A stretch of 64,000 nucleotides of DNA, from positions 64,001-128,000 of the IMG/VR virus record IMGVR_UViG_3300048065_001187; one strand, given 5' to 3'. The notes below the pieces were generated by a model. The model was not told the DNA's origin, made no database searches, and was given only the letters and a program-made list of their open reading frames with translations. Below are positions 49,383 through 58,353 of this stretch, piece after piece. This stretch comes from a virus. Both the position numbers and the translations under genes were made by a program. Each line of letters opens with the position of its first letter. Within the stretch, counting starts at the first letter, position 1.

Positions 49383-50930
49383 ATGAATTACAAAGTTTTA
49401 TCTCTTTTCTCGAATGTAGGTTTTGGTGAATTTTACTTGAACGATTTACCGCTTGATGTAGTTGTCGCAAATGAACTAGAGCAAGATCGTGCAAACTTTT
49501 ATAATGTCCTGCATCCATCCACAAAGATGATTAACGGCGACATTACAGATAGTTCTATTAGATCTGAGATAATTTCTGAATGCAAGAAACGCGGGCCAAT
49601 TGACATTGTGATGGCTACACCTCCATGCCAAGGTATGAGTCTAGCAAATGCAACAAAAAGCCCTAACGATGAGAGAAACACCTTAATAATTCATGCTATG
49701 GATTTATTTAAAGAGGTTGGGGCTAAGTATATGTTAATAGAAAATGTGCCCAATATGCCAAATACATATATTTCGCACAAAGACTATGATGAACCTGTAA
49801 AAATTTTAGATTTCATTAATGATTCTATTCCTGAGGGTGCATATTGTGTTTCAAAAGTTTTGAATGGTAAAAATTTTGGGACTGCACAAGAGAGAAAGAG
49901 GTCTATTACTCTAATTTCCACAGAATACAAGTGGGATCATCCTAAACCTGATGACAATATTTTGTGCCTAGACGATGTTATTCGTGATGAAGTCAAATTT
50001 CCTAGCTTAGACGAAGATTCTTCGGATATTCCTTGGCATTTTTTATCCAAACAAAACCCTCGACACATTGATTGGATGAAATATGCACCTTCAGGCAAGA
50101 GTGCTTATTTTAATGAGAAAGATCACTACCCTTGTCACGAAGAAGAAAACAAGAAAGGAAGCGGGACTACAATAATTGAATATGTCAAAAAAACGAATGG
50201 AGAAAATGGTTGGCACACTAATCCTCCTGTTTTAATTGATGAACACGGAGTCGTTACTGACGCACCTTTTACAGAAGAGACTATAGACGGCAAAGAACTT
50301 TTAGCCATTGAGATACCCGAAGGATACAAACTAAAAAGAGAAATTTATGGATTTACTACTGCTTATAAAAGAATGGATTGGCATAAGCCTTCTACAACAG
50401 TGACAATGACCAATGGCTCCATCTCAAGCCAAAACAATGTTCATCCAGGCAAGGAAAATGGTGATGGAACTTATTCTGACGCAAGAGTATTCTCGATTAG
50501 AGAGCTGCTTGCAGTTTGCGGCTTGCCGATTAATTTACTTGACGAATTTTGCGAAAAAAAGAAACCAAACACAAAGTATAAATATTGCTCAGGTAGTTGG
50601 GGATACCAATACCATCCTACTTTTATCAGGAAAGTTCTTGGTGAAATGTTTTTACCTAAAATGTCTTTAGAAATTATGAAAACCCTACCTTTATTCCAAG
50701 AAAATAAAATTATGCCTGAATTAAAAGAAGAAACGCTTAAAGATTTTGCACCTGCAAACTCGGAAACTATCATTAAAGCCCAAGGCAATAGCCATGTAGA
50801 ACTGATGCAGAAAGTGAAGAACTGCCGTCAAGAAAATATATTATTAAGATCTGAAAATAAAGAACTGAAACTTAAACTAGAGCAATTTGAAATTGAAAAG
50901 GCTGAATTAAATAGTATATTTGATGATTGA
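49383..50930 (+). CDS. DNA (cytosine-5) methyltransferase
   Basis: LSLFSNVG (I), TPPCQGMS (IV), IENV (VI), QERKR (VIII), RVFSIREL (IX), LGEMF (X). Confidence 0.92.
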   Translation: MNYKVLSLFSNVGFGEFYLNDLPLDVVVANELEQDRANFYNVLHPSTKMINGDITDSSIRSEIISECKKRGPIDIVMATPPCQGMSLANATKSPNDERNTLIIHAMDLFKEVGAKYMLIENVPNMPNTYISHKDYDEPVKILDFINDSIPEGAYCVSKVLNGKNFGTAQERKRSITLISTEYKWDHPKPDDNILCLDDVIRDEVKFPSLDEDSSDIPWHFLSKQNPRHIDWMKYAPSGKSAYFNEKDHYPCHEEENKKGSGTTIIEYVKKTNGENGWHTNPPVLIDEHGVVTDAPFTEETIDGKELLAIEIPEGYKLKREIYGFTTAYKRMDWHKPSTTVTMTNGSISSQNNVHPGKENGDGTYSDARVFSIRELLAVCGLPINLLDEFCEKKKPNTKYKYCSGSWGYQYHPTFIRKVLGEMFLPKMSLEIMKTLPLFQENKIMPELKEETLKDFAPANSETIIKAQGNSHVELMQKVKNCRQENILLRSENKELKLKLEQFEIEKAELNSIFDD

Positions 50931-51801
50931 AGATTTTATACAAAATGTAAAGCATTTAAACCACTCTAATCAGCGAGACGGGGAATCTTACTACCATGCC
51001 TACTTGTGCGACAGTCAAAAAGAGCACATTGAAACAATAAGAAGATGTTTGAATAAACAAAAAAATCTTTTTATTCCAACCGTCAAAAAGACTGAGGGCA
51101 AATTTAATAATAATAAATTCCGACAAGTTTTTAGTCTTGCTAAGTATTTAGATGATGACAAATTAACTAGCCTAAGAACATTTCTTAGTCTTGGGGGCGA
51201 TAATCAATCTGTGCCTTATTTGTTTGCGTCTATATTATTTAATTGTCATACCGAAAAGACTATTGATTTTATTGTTAAAGCTGTTGGCTCCAATAATAAT
51301 TTGCAAAAGCGTCACCCAATTCAGTTTGCATACGATTTAGTTACAGGATGGATTCCAGAACATTTCTTAGCTAATTGTTTTGATTTAGAAAAATCTGGCT
51401 GCGATAGTGATTACAAATTAGCCAAAGGTTCATCGATAAATGGCTCTCAGGATTTTATTTTCAAGGGAGAGAAGATTGAATTATCAATGGATTATACGGG
51501 CACTATAAAATATAAAAATAAATTCCACCTAAGATATAATAAATGGAATAAAATCCAAAAAGATAAAAGCAACCTATTGATTATATGTACTAAATCTTGG
51601 AAGTATTATTTTTATTCAGCAGATACTTATTTAAATAATATAAGACATAAATACTTAGATAGAATTGAATCGTGGAGTGATCGCCAATCTGTTGCTGGCT
51701 ATGAACTCACAGACTGGGAAAAGCTAGAACCTATAGCATTAAACCCTTCAAACCTGTCGAACTCTTTTAATAATATACTTTCCTTAAAAAATGAAAACTA
51801 A
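50920..51801 (+). CDS. Hypothetical protein, candidate restriction-type endonuclease
   Basis: Overlaps the MTase; QDF...IELSMD could be a divergent PD-(D/E)XK core. Confidence 0.4.
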   Translation: MMIEDFIQNVKHLNHSNQRDGESYYHAYLCDSQKEHIETIRRCLNKQKNLFIPTVKKTEGKFNNNKFRQVFSLAKYLDDDKLTSLRTFLSLGGDNQSVPYLFASILFNCHTEKTIDFIVKAVGSNNNLQKRHPIQFAYDLVTGWIPEHFLANCFDLEKSGCDSDYKLAKGSSINGSQDFIFKGEKIELSMDYTGTIKYKNKFHLRYNKWNKIQKDKSNLLIICTKSWKYYFYSADTYLNNIRHKYLDRIESWSDRQSVAGYELTDWEKLEPIALNPSNLSNSFNNILSLKNEN

Positions 51802-51858
51802 AAAAATTTTCCAAAGGCAAAGTTGAATTATAGTGGACTATATATTATAATAAAATGT

Positions 51859-52065
51859 ATGGACGACGATTTTGAAGAACCTAGCGGACCAAAAGATTAC
51901 GATGAGCAGACTGATGCTTTTCGTTTTGATCTTGATGATTTAGTGGAAAGGTATCTTCATGAGTTTGATATTAATACAATAACAATGATAGGAGCATTAC
52001 AAGAAAAAATTCAAGAGCTAGTAAATGATGGTGGCTTTGAAGCTGATTTAGATATAGATGAATAA
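51859..52065 (+). CDS. Small acidic hypothetical protein
   Basis: Strongly acidic 68 aa ORF. Confidence 0.6.
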   Translation: MDDDFEEPSGPKDYDEQTDAFRFDLDDLVERYLHEFDINTITMIGALQEKIQELVNDGGFEADLDIDE

Positions 52066-52627
52066 TATAATTGGAGTTACAGGTTTTGCTCGTTCCGGCA
52101 AAGACACTTTTTACAAAGAGAGCTCAAAACTTTTGTCGCGTGCAAATTGTTTTCGTTATGCATTTGCGGATGCTCTAAAAGAAGAGTCTGATGATTTCTT
52201 AAAAAAGAATGTAGGTATTTCTGCTTTTACAGAAGACTCTGAAGATAAAGAATTGATTCGTCCCTTTCTTGTTACATACGGAACAGAGCTAAGACGGAAG
52301 CTAAATCCTAACTGCTGGATATCCAAGGTTGAAGAGATGATTGAGAAAAATCATCAACCTTCAGATAAAAATTTTATATTCGTTACTGATGTGCGTTTTG
52401 AAAATGAAGCTCAGTGGGTAAAATCCATTGGGGGTATAATAACTAAGGTTAGCAGGGAAGGAGTGAAGGCCGCCAATCAGGATGAACATATACAATCTGC
52501 ATTGATTGAAAAATATGTTGACCTGCATATTATGTGGCCCACTTATAAGCCTGGGGATATTTCACAAAGTCATACTTTGCTAAAGCCAGTTCTTAAAAAA
52601 AATTTCCGCAACTATGTTGAGTACTAG
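52058..52627 (+). CDS. Deoxynucleoside monophosphate kinase
   Basis: IIGVTGFARSGKDT, AFADALK, YGTELRR, VTDVRFENE. Confidence 0.88.
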   Translation: MNNIIGVTGFARSGKDTFYKESSKLLSRANCFRYAFADALKEESDDFLKKNVGISAFTEDSEDKELIRPFLVTYGTELRRKLNPNCWISKVEEMIEKNHQPSDKNFIFVTDVRFENEAQWVKSIGGIITKVSREGVKAANQDEHIQSALIEKYVDLHIMWPTYKPGDISQSHTLLKPVLKKNFRNYVEY

Positions 52628-52637
52628 TGGACTATAT

Positions 52638-52808
52638 ATGAAATACAAATCACAGAAAAAGTATCATAAAACAGACAAAGGAAAAGAAGCTTTATCAAAA
52701 GCACAAAAAAAATACGATGAAGAAAATGCTGAAAAGCGCCGAGAACAAAAACGTGAGTATATGCGCAGAAAAAGAGCCGAAAACCCAAACTATTGTAAGT
52801 GGAAATGA
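52638..52808 (+). CDS. Small basic hypothetical protein
   Basis: K/R-rich ORF. Confidence 0.55.
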   Translation: MKYKSQKKYHKTDKGKEALSKAQKKYDEENAEKRREQKREYMRRKRAENPNYCKWK

Positions 52809-52945
52809 GTAAATCCAAAAAATGTGGTAATAAGTGTGGCGTTTCTGGAAGAAATGGCAAAGGAGATTCTCCAAGAAACAATCATTCTAAAAAATTTAAA
52901 TCGAATTACGAAAAAATCAATTGGTCTAAAAAAACAAAAAAGTAA
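52805..52945 (+). CDS. 46-aa basic phage protein
   Basis: GKGDSPRN...FKSNYEKINW; ATGA-coupled. Confidence 0.55.
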   Translation: MSKSKKCGNKCGVSGRNGKGDSPRNNHSKKFKSNYEKINWSKKTKK

Positions 52946-52954
52946 ATTTAATTC

Positions 52955-52983
52955 TTGATCGAATATTATTCTTGTGGTATAGT
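52955..52983 (+). promoter_or_regulatory. Sigma70-type promoter, leaderless
   Basis: TTGATC-17-TATAGT with TGn; ATG 7 nt downstream. Confidence 0.65.
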
Positions 52984-52990
52984 GTCATCC

Positions 52991-53305
52991 ATGAAAGCCT
53001 TAAAAAAAGAACCTGAAATTTATGATTTTGCACATTACTGGAAAGTTCAATATAAAGAAAACAGATTAAATGGAGAAAAATTTAATTTCAGAACAATTAT
53101 TTATTGTAGATCAAAAGCTTTTGCTTTTAATATCCTAAAAAAGAAAACTAGTGAAGATAATCCTGGTGCCACTGTTTCTTGCGTTGAGATATCAAGAATA
53201 GGCTCCCATTCTCGTTTTAATAACAAAAAACTATCAGTCGATGATTGGTTTCATATTAGAAATGCATCTTTCCCTAATGAGGTAAATATTTTATTTAAAA
53301 AATGA
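52991..53305 (+). CDS. Hypothetical protein
   Basis: ORF, start set by the promoter. Confidence 0.6.
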   Translation: MKALKKEPEIYDFAHYWKVQYKENRLNGEKFNFRTIIYCRSKAFAFNILKKKTSEDNPGATVSCVEISRIGSHSRFNNKKLSVDDWFHIRNASFPNEVNILFKK

Positions 53306-53979
53306 GTGTTACCAAACAAGAAATAGATCGGTATGATGAATTACTTGCTAATTTCCAGCCTGATATCAGATATATAATCAGAAGATTCAGAAGAAATTTC
53401 CATATACTTTCAGAAGAAGAAATTGCCTCGGAAGTCAATAAAAGACTCTCTATGTATAAGTCAAAATATATCCAGAATGATAGAGCTTGTCTCACCAAAG
53501 AAGGTTTCAGTCGTTTTGTTTATGCTTGTGCGAGAAATGCTGTTTTTTGGACAATGAGAGGAACTACCGGCAAAGATGAACGCTATAGAAAAACTTTTAC
53601 TACTTGCAGCTTCATGAATCCTGATGAATCTGATGAATCTGGATCTGAATGGATTTTTAAAGTTATGCTTTTAGCTAAAGAAGATAGTTTTCTACAGCAA
53701 ATAGACGAACCTAATAACGTCGAGGTTATTTTAAAATGGATCAGGGATTATAGTGATTTCCTAAGCGACAAGGAAATGATTGTTTTTAACGACTATGTTT
53801 CAGGGAAGCCTCAAAGAGAAACTGCACTCACTATAAAAGAAACTAGACAATCAGTCGCAATTATACAAAAAACTGTCGCAGAAAAGATTAGATCTCATAT
53901 TAAAGTAAACATTAATCAAGATAATTCGGCGGCTAGAATTAAAAAAGGCTACGAATCAATAAATCATTTGTTTGGATAG
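53302..53979 (+). CDS. Sigma70-family-like factor
   Basis: Region 2-like FSRFVYACARNA; region 4-like LSDKEMIVF...GKPQRETA...TRQSV HTH. Confidence 0.65.
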   Translation: MSVTKQEIDRYDELLANFQPDIRYIIRRFRRNFHILSEEEIASEVNKRLSMYKSKYIQNDRACLTKEGFSRFVYACARNAVFWTMRGTTGKDERYRKTFTTCSFMNPDESDESGSEWIFKVMLLAKEDSFLQQIDEPNNVEVILKWIRDYSDFLSDKEMIVFNDYVSGKPQRETALTIKETRQSVAIIQKTVAEKIRSHIKVNINQDNSAARIKKGYESINHLFG

Positions 53980-54003
53980 ATAATAAATTGTGTATATACT
54001 TAT

Positions 54004-54234
54004 GTGAAGTTTTCTTTTGGTGAAGTTGTAATGTTAATCGGGCTAGCCCTACTAGCTATCATCGCATACAATCAATATAATCAGCTCGAATACGCAAAAG
54101 ATACAATACAGATTCAACATGAGGCTATTAATAAGCAACAAGAGCTGATCAACCATCAGATAAGATATATTGGAATAATGGAGTCTCAGGCTGTCAATTC
54201 ACGCCAAAACCCTATCTATAGAGGCCCATCATGA
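54004..54234 (+). CDS. Small TM plus coiled-coil protein
   Basis: N-terminal TM; GTGTA 9 nt upstream. Confidence 0.6.
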   Translation: MKFSFGEVVMLIGLALLAIIAYNQYNQLEYAKDTIQIQHEAINKQQELINHQIRYIGIMESQAVNSRQNPIYRGPS

Positions 54235-54608
54235 CCTTAAGAGAGCTGATAGAGTCCAACAATTACAAAAAAGTCTTCAATTACCTCTATCAAACTTATT
54301 TTAAAGGTAAAAAAAGCAGCATAGTAATAGAATTAGATTTAAAATTTTATAAATTATGGTCTGATCTGAAAAAGCTTAAAAAATCAAATCAAGATTTAAT
54401 AAAAATTTACATAACTAAAACTCCAGGCGAAGACGGTTTTATAGATGTTTGTTTATTTGATGAAATAAAAGATGAAATTTTACCTCTTGATTTTCTAGGC
54501 TCTCAAGATATAATAGATACAGAGGTTTATAAAGCATTGAATATTAATGATTACGAAACTTTGGCGCATATATTATATTATTTAAATAGTTTAGAAGATA
54601 TTACATGA
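54231..54608 (+). CDS. Hypothetical protein
   Basis: 125 aa ORF, ATGA-coupled. Confidence 0.6.
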   Translation: MTLRELIESNNYKKVFNYLYQTYFKGKKSSIVIELDLKFYKLWSDLKKLKKSNQDLIKIYITKTPGEDGFIDVCLFDEIKDEILPLDFLGSQDIIDTEVYKALNINDYETLAHILYYLNSLEDIT

Positions 54609-55003
54609 AAAAAGTAGCAATTAGTGGTTATTTTGATCCAATTCACATTGGGCATTTAGAATATATCAGGCTTGCGCGTGAGCTTGGAGATTATTTAATT
54701 GTAATTGTGAATAACGACAAACAAGCAGTCCTTAAGAAGGGCAAGTCTTTTATGTGTGAAGATGATCGTCTGGCGATAGTCGCTCAAATCAAAGGGGTGG
54801 ACGAAGCAGTTATGTCTATTGATGATGATGAAACTGTATGCAAGACACTTGATTTAATCAAGCCAGACATCTTTGCTAACGGCGGAGATCGCAGTAATTC
54901 AGAAATTCCAGAATTTAAAATATGTAAAGAAAATGGCACTCAAGTCGTGGATGGATTAGGTAACAAGATCCGATCATCCTCAGAACTTACGGGCATCAAA
55001 TGA
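54605..55003 (+). CDS. Cytidylyltransferase-family (TagD/RfaE-like) nucleotidyltransferase
   Basis: SGYFDPIHIGH, VNND, ANGGDR, KIRSSS. Confidence 0.88.
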   Translation: MKKVAISGYFDPIHIGHLEYIRLARELGDYLIVIVNNDKQAVLKKGKSFMCEDDRLAIVAQIKGVDEAVMSIDDDETVCKTLDLIKPDIFANGGDRSNSEIPEFKICKENGTQVVDGLGNKIRSSSELTGIK

Positions 55004-55509
55004 ATTTATACAATCTACCTACTCATGCTAAAAGTCCTCGAATCGTTAACGCAGTCATTGAAATTGAAGAGGGTTCAAAAAACAAATATGAATATGATGG
55101 AGATTTGGGGGTATTCATGTATGATAGATGTCTCAATTCTGCTATGGTTTATCCCGCAAGTTATGGTTTCATTCCTGGGACTTTATGCGAAGATGGCGAT
55201 CCTTTAGATATAATGGTGATCAGCCCCGAACCTATCAAAAGAGCAACAGTTCTTGAGGCAAAAGTTCTTGGCGTTTTGGATATGGAGGACGAAGGAGAAA
55301 AAGATTACAAAGTTATAGCTGTGCCAAATTTTTATACCAGAAAATATAGCAATATCAAAGATGTAGAAGATAGTTTTCTTAAAATTGCAAAGAATTTTTT
55401 TGCTCACTATAAAGATTTGAGCATGAGTGGGGATCGAGTTAAAGTATTTGAGTGGCATCATAAACAATATGCCTATGATATCATCGATAATAGGCTTACT
55501 AATAAATAA
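55000..55509 (+). CDS. ppa: Inorganic pyrophosphatase (family I)
   Basis: NKYEYD, YPASYGFIP, DGDPLD, DEGEKDYK, FFAHYK. Confidence 0.95.
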   Translation: MNLYNLPTHAKSPRIVNAVIEIEEGSKNKYEYDGDLGVFMYDRCLNSAMVYPASYGFIPGTLCEDGDPLDIMVISPEPIKRATVLEAKVLGVLDMEDEGEKDYKVIAVPNFYTRKYSNIKDVEDSFLKIAKNFFAHYKDLSMSGDRVKVFEWHHKQYAYDIIDNRLTNK

Positions 55510-55604
55510 TATGGAAACATTAATTGTAATTGGGGTACTAGCAATCCTTTACGGGGCCTGCGCTAAAGAAGCATATAAATGGTAAATAATGTGTAACTCT
55601 CTAT

Positions 55605-55799
55605 GTGAGAGGAGTCTTTGTATTACTAATTGTTATTTTATGTAGCAGTTGTATGGTCAAAAAAGCGCCACCCGAAGAAAAAGATTGGCTCAAAATTTAC
55701 GAAAAAGAGCTACAAATCGCAAGAGAAAACAATGATATAGAGGCTTGGACTTATTTTTGGGGCGAATATATAAAAGAGTTACAAAATAAGAATAAATGA
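55605..55799 (+). CDS. Small lipoprotein-like protein
   Basis: Hydrophobic N-terminus with CSSC; GTGTA upstream. Confidence 0.55.
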   Translation: MRGVFVLLIVILCSSCMVKKAPPEEKDWLKIYEKELQIARENNDIEAWTYFWGEYIKELQNKNK

Positions 55800-56587
55800 A
55801 AATAACTAAAGAATTTATCGATAAGCTATTAATTTTTGGCGCCGAACTTTCTAAAGAAGTTTGCCAAATACAAGAGCTCGGCTTCGAAACTTTACAAAAA
55901 GACGATAAAAGTCCATTAACAGAAGCCGACCTTCATTCAAACAAAAGAATTTGTGAATTTTTGGCGGCGAATACAGATACTTCAAATATCATATCCGAAG
56001 AAAATAAAGAGGTTCAATATGAAGACCGCGCCAAATGGGATTATTATTGGCTCATAGACCCCATAGACGGCACAAAAGAGTTCGTAAAGGGAGGGGATGA
56101 CTTCTGCATTAATATTGCCCTATGCAAGGGCTCAGAGCCTATATTTGGCTATGTAGCTTGTCCAAAGAAGCAAGACCAATACTTCGCTATAAAAGATCGG
56201 GGTGCTTTTAAAAACGGCGAACCAATTTACGCCAAATATTCTTACAATCCTCAAGGCGAACCAATCAAAGTAGTTGCAAGTAAATCCCATTTGAATAAAG
56301 AGACAGAGGAATTTATTAATAATTTAAAAAAGAATCACGAGGTTGAGACCTTAAACATAGGTAGTTCATTAAAATTTTGCTTAGTAGCAGAGGGCGAAGC
56401 CCACATATATCCTAGGTTTGGGCCTACTATGGAGTGGGATACTTGTGCGCCGCAAATCATTGCAGAAGAGAGTGGCGCAGATGTCTGTATTGCAGAAAAT
56501 AGTCAGCCATTAGAATATAATAAAAAGAATTTACTTAACCCTTTTTTTATTGTTTCTTGTAAAATTTTAAAATATTTCTTGACTTGA
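55796..56587 (+). CDS. cysQ: 3'(2'),5'-bisphosphate nucleotidase
   Basis: SPLTEAD, ISEE, WLIDPIDGTKEF, GSSLKFC, TMEWDT. Confidence 0.94.
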   Translation: MKITKEFIDKLLIFGAELSKEVCQIQELGFETLQKDDKSPLTEADLHSNKRICEFLAANTDTSNIISEENKEVQYEDRAKWDYYWLIDPIDGTKEFVKGGDDFCINIALCKGSEPIFGYVACPKKQDQYFAIKDRGAFKNGEPIYAKYSYNPQGEPIKVVASKSHLNKETEEFINNLKKNHEVETLNIGSSLKFCLVAEGEAHIYPRFGPTMEWDTCAPQIIAEESGADVCIAENSQPLEYNKKNLLNPFFIVSCKILKYFLT

Positions 56588-56607
56588 CTATTTATTTTTG
56601 CTATATT
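56579..56607 (+). promoter_or_regulatory. Sigma70-type promoter
   Basis: TTGACT-17-TATATT with TGn; ATG 9 nt downstream. Confidence 0.65.
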
Positions 56608-56616
56608 GTATAGCAA

Positions 56617-56865
56617 ATGATAATCAAAAAAGAATTAAAGAATGCAACCTTTGAGTATGATGAAGAGACTAAGTCGTTTACATTATCTAATAAAGATGCA
56701 ACAATTCAATTAAATAAGGTTTATGCGTTTGCTTTTATGCGTTTCGTTGTTCGCATGGCACAAAGAAATTGGCTGCGCACAAAAAAAAGTATTGACAAAA
56801 CAGTAGAAGATATAGTAGAATCAGAACACATTGATCATCCCGATCAAATGAAAATTTTTGAATAA
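56617..56865 (+). CDS. Hypothetical protein
   Basis: 82 aa ORF. Confidence 0.6.
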   Translation: MIIKKELKNATFEYDEETKSFTLSNKDATIQLNKVYAFAFMRFVVRMAQRNWLRTKKSIDKTVEDIVESEHIDHPDQMKIFE

Positions 56866-56867
56866 TT

Positions 56868-57047
56868 ATGAATCAGTTAGAAGTAGTATTAGCTAGTGAT
56901 CACGCCGAGTTTTTTTATACAGACTCCGATGAAGTTGTCCCTGAGGGTGAACCTGTAGGAGTAGATTGGACACACAACAATGTGGTCGATCTTTATTTAT
57001 TTAATAACATCTACCATGAGTTCAAATATGAAGAAGGAGAATACTGA
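56868..57047 (+). CDS. 59-aa acidic hypothetical protein
   Basis: Manually read ORF MNQLEVV...EEGEY filling the gap. Confidence 0.5.
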   Translation: MNQLEVVLASDHAEFFYTDSDEVVPEGEPVGVDWTHNNVVDLYLFNNIYHEFKYEEGEY

Positions 57048-57276
57048 CAACCCAAAACTATTCGAATACAGAATTAAATATAATGCGGGGCAATATCATT
57101 CGATGCAAGATAGCTACCACTATTATAATGCAGAGAATGCCGAAGATGCTTTAAACTTTCATCTAGCTATGCTAGAAAAGCATAACCTACAGGTACAAAC
57201 ACTGTCTGTTGAGAAATATAATCCTTATGCAGACAAATGGGAAGATGAAAGTACTATTCTGAGTCAAGAGGCTTAA
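57028..57276 (+). CDS. Hypothetical protein
   Basis: ORF; start uncertain. Confidence 0.55.
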   Translation: MKKENTDNPKLFEYRIKYNAGQYHSMQDSYHYYNAENAEDALNFHLAMLEKHNLQVQTLSVEKYNPYADKWEDESTILSQEA

Positions 57277-57424
57277 CTATATACTCACCGATATGCTGAC
57301 TCAGTATTCTAATTTGCTTTAATAAAGCCGCTTTTTTCTCTTTACTTTTTAATTTTTTAGCCTTATCATATAAATATATTATATACTCAGGGCTAACTTT
57401 TTGTTTTATCTCTCCTTTTTTCAT
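57254..57424 (-). CDS. Small basic hypothetical protein
   Basis: MKKGEIK...; GTGTA 11 nt upstream on the minus strand. Confidence 0.55.
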   Translation of the reverse strand: MKKGEIKQKVSPEYIIYLYDKAKKLKSKEKKAALLKQIRILSQHIGEYIVKPLDSE

Positions 57425-57447
57425 AATAAATATAATACACTCAAATA

Positions 57448-57879
57448 ATGAATAATAAAGAACGCTTAATTTGGTTTTTAGCCGCAATCCTCGGTGGATT
57501 TTTATACAATACGCAGAGCAATAAGCTCAATGATTTCGAAATGATGGAGACGCAATATAGACTCAATTCTTCAATCAAATCAGACCAAATATTAGATTTA
57601 ATGCATGAGGTAAGCAATGCGAGAGATGGGTATTATCAACAAGGTTTCGAAGACGGCAAAAGTCATGCAATGATTTCAGCGGTTAAAGGAGAACATCTTT
57701 ATGATTATTCTGACGGATATCATGCTGCATTATCACAATTCGATATGAATCAAAAACTCGGAAATAAAGATGATGAAATTCATAAATTATTTATGGACGC
57801 ACTAGACCAAATATCTGACTTAGAAGATGGTTATAATGATTTACTTGATTCTGTAGGTTCGGTTAAGGATGGAGATTAA
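57448..57879 (+). CDS. TM-anchored hypothetical protein
   Basis: N-terminal TM; GYxxG repeats. Confidence 0.6.
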   Translation: MNNKERLIWFLAAILGGFLYNTQSNKLNDFEMMETQYRLNSSIKSDQILDLMHEVSNARDGYYQQGFEDGKSHAMISAVKGEHLYDYSDGYHAALSQFDMNQKLGNKDDEIHKLFMDALDQISDLEDGYNDLLDSVGSVKDGD

Positions 57880-58099
57880 ATCATCCCAAATTGTTTACTC
57901 TGAACATGGTTATGACGAATGTTTTGAATACAAAGATGGGGGCGGAAGAGTTCCCGATGGGAATGCGATTGGATATGAGTCCGATGATTCTTGTGCAAAA
58001 CTTGTCCTTTTTGAAGATATTAAATATAGTAAATATAGCCACGATTATTGGGATAATATTGAGCTTGAACATGATATAGAAAGAGTAATAATACCATGA
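57869..58099 (+). CDS. Hypothetical protein
   Basis: 76 aa ORF. Confidence 0.5.
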   Translation: MEIKSSQIVYSEHGYDECFEYKDGGGRVPDGNAIGYESDDSCAKLVLFEDIKYSKYSHDYWDNIELEHDIERVIIP

Positions 58100-58353
58100 T
58101 AAATTTTAGAAAAGGGTACGAGCCAAATAACCCAAAAGATGATTTAGTAAAAAAATTACAAAAAATTTTAGATTTAGTTTATAACGAAGACTCAGAATAT
58201 TACCCCGGATCATTTCACCCAGAGACAGATTTAGCGGAAGTTACCGATGCTATTTTTCAAATTTTATTTAATCAAAATAACGAATCAGTTCATATTATAA
58301 TTGATAAAAACCCAAATAATAGTCTTGATATGACCATTGACAAAATCGAATGA
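58096..58353 (+). CDS. Hypothetical protein
   Basis: 85 aa ORF, ATGA-coupled. Confidence 0.55.
   Translation: MINFRKGYEPNNPKDDLVKKLQKILDLVYNEDSEYYPGSFHPETDLAEVTDAIFQILFNQNNESVHIIIDKNPNNSLDMTIDKIE

Noticed and set aside
50133-50340. Intein in the methyltransferase or in DnaE
   Set aside because: Too short, no C-terminal HN-C/S/T junction, and no split-intein ends on the PHP or DnaE genes
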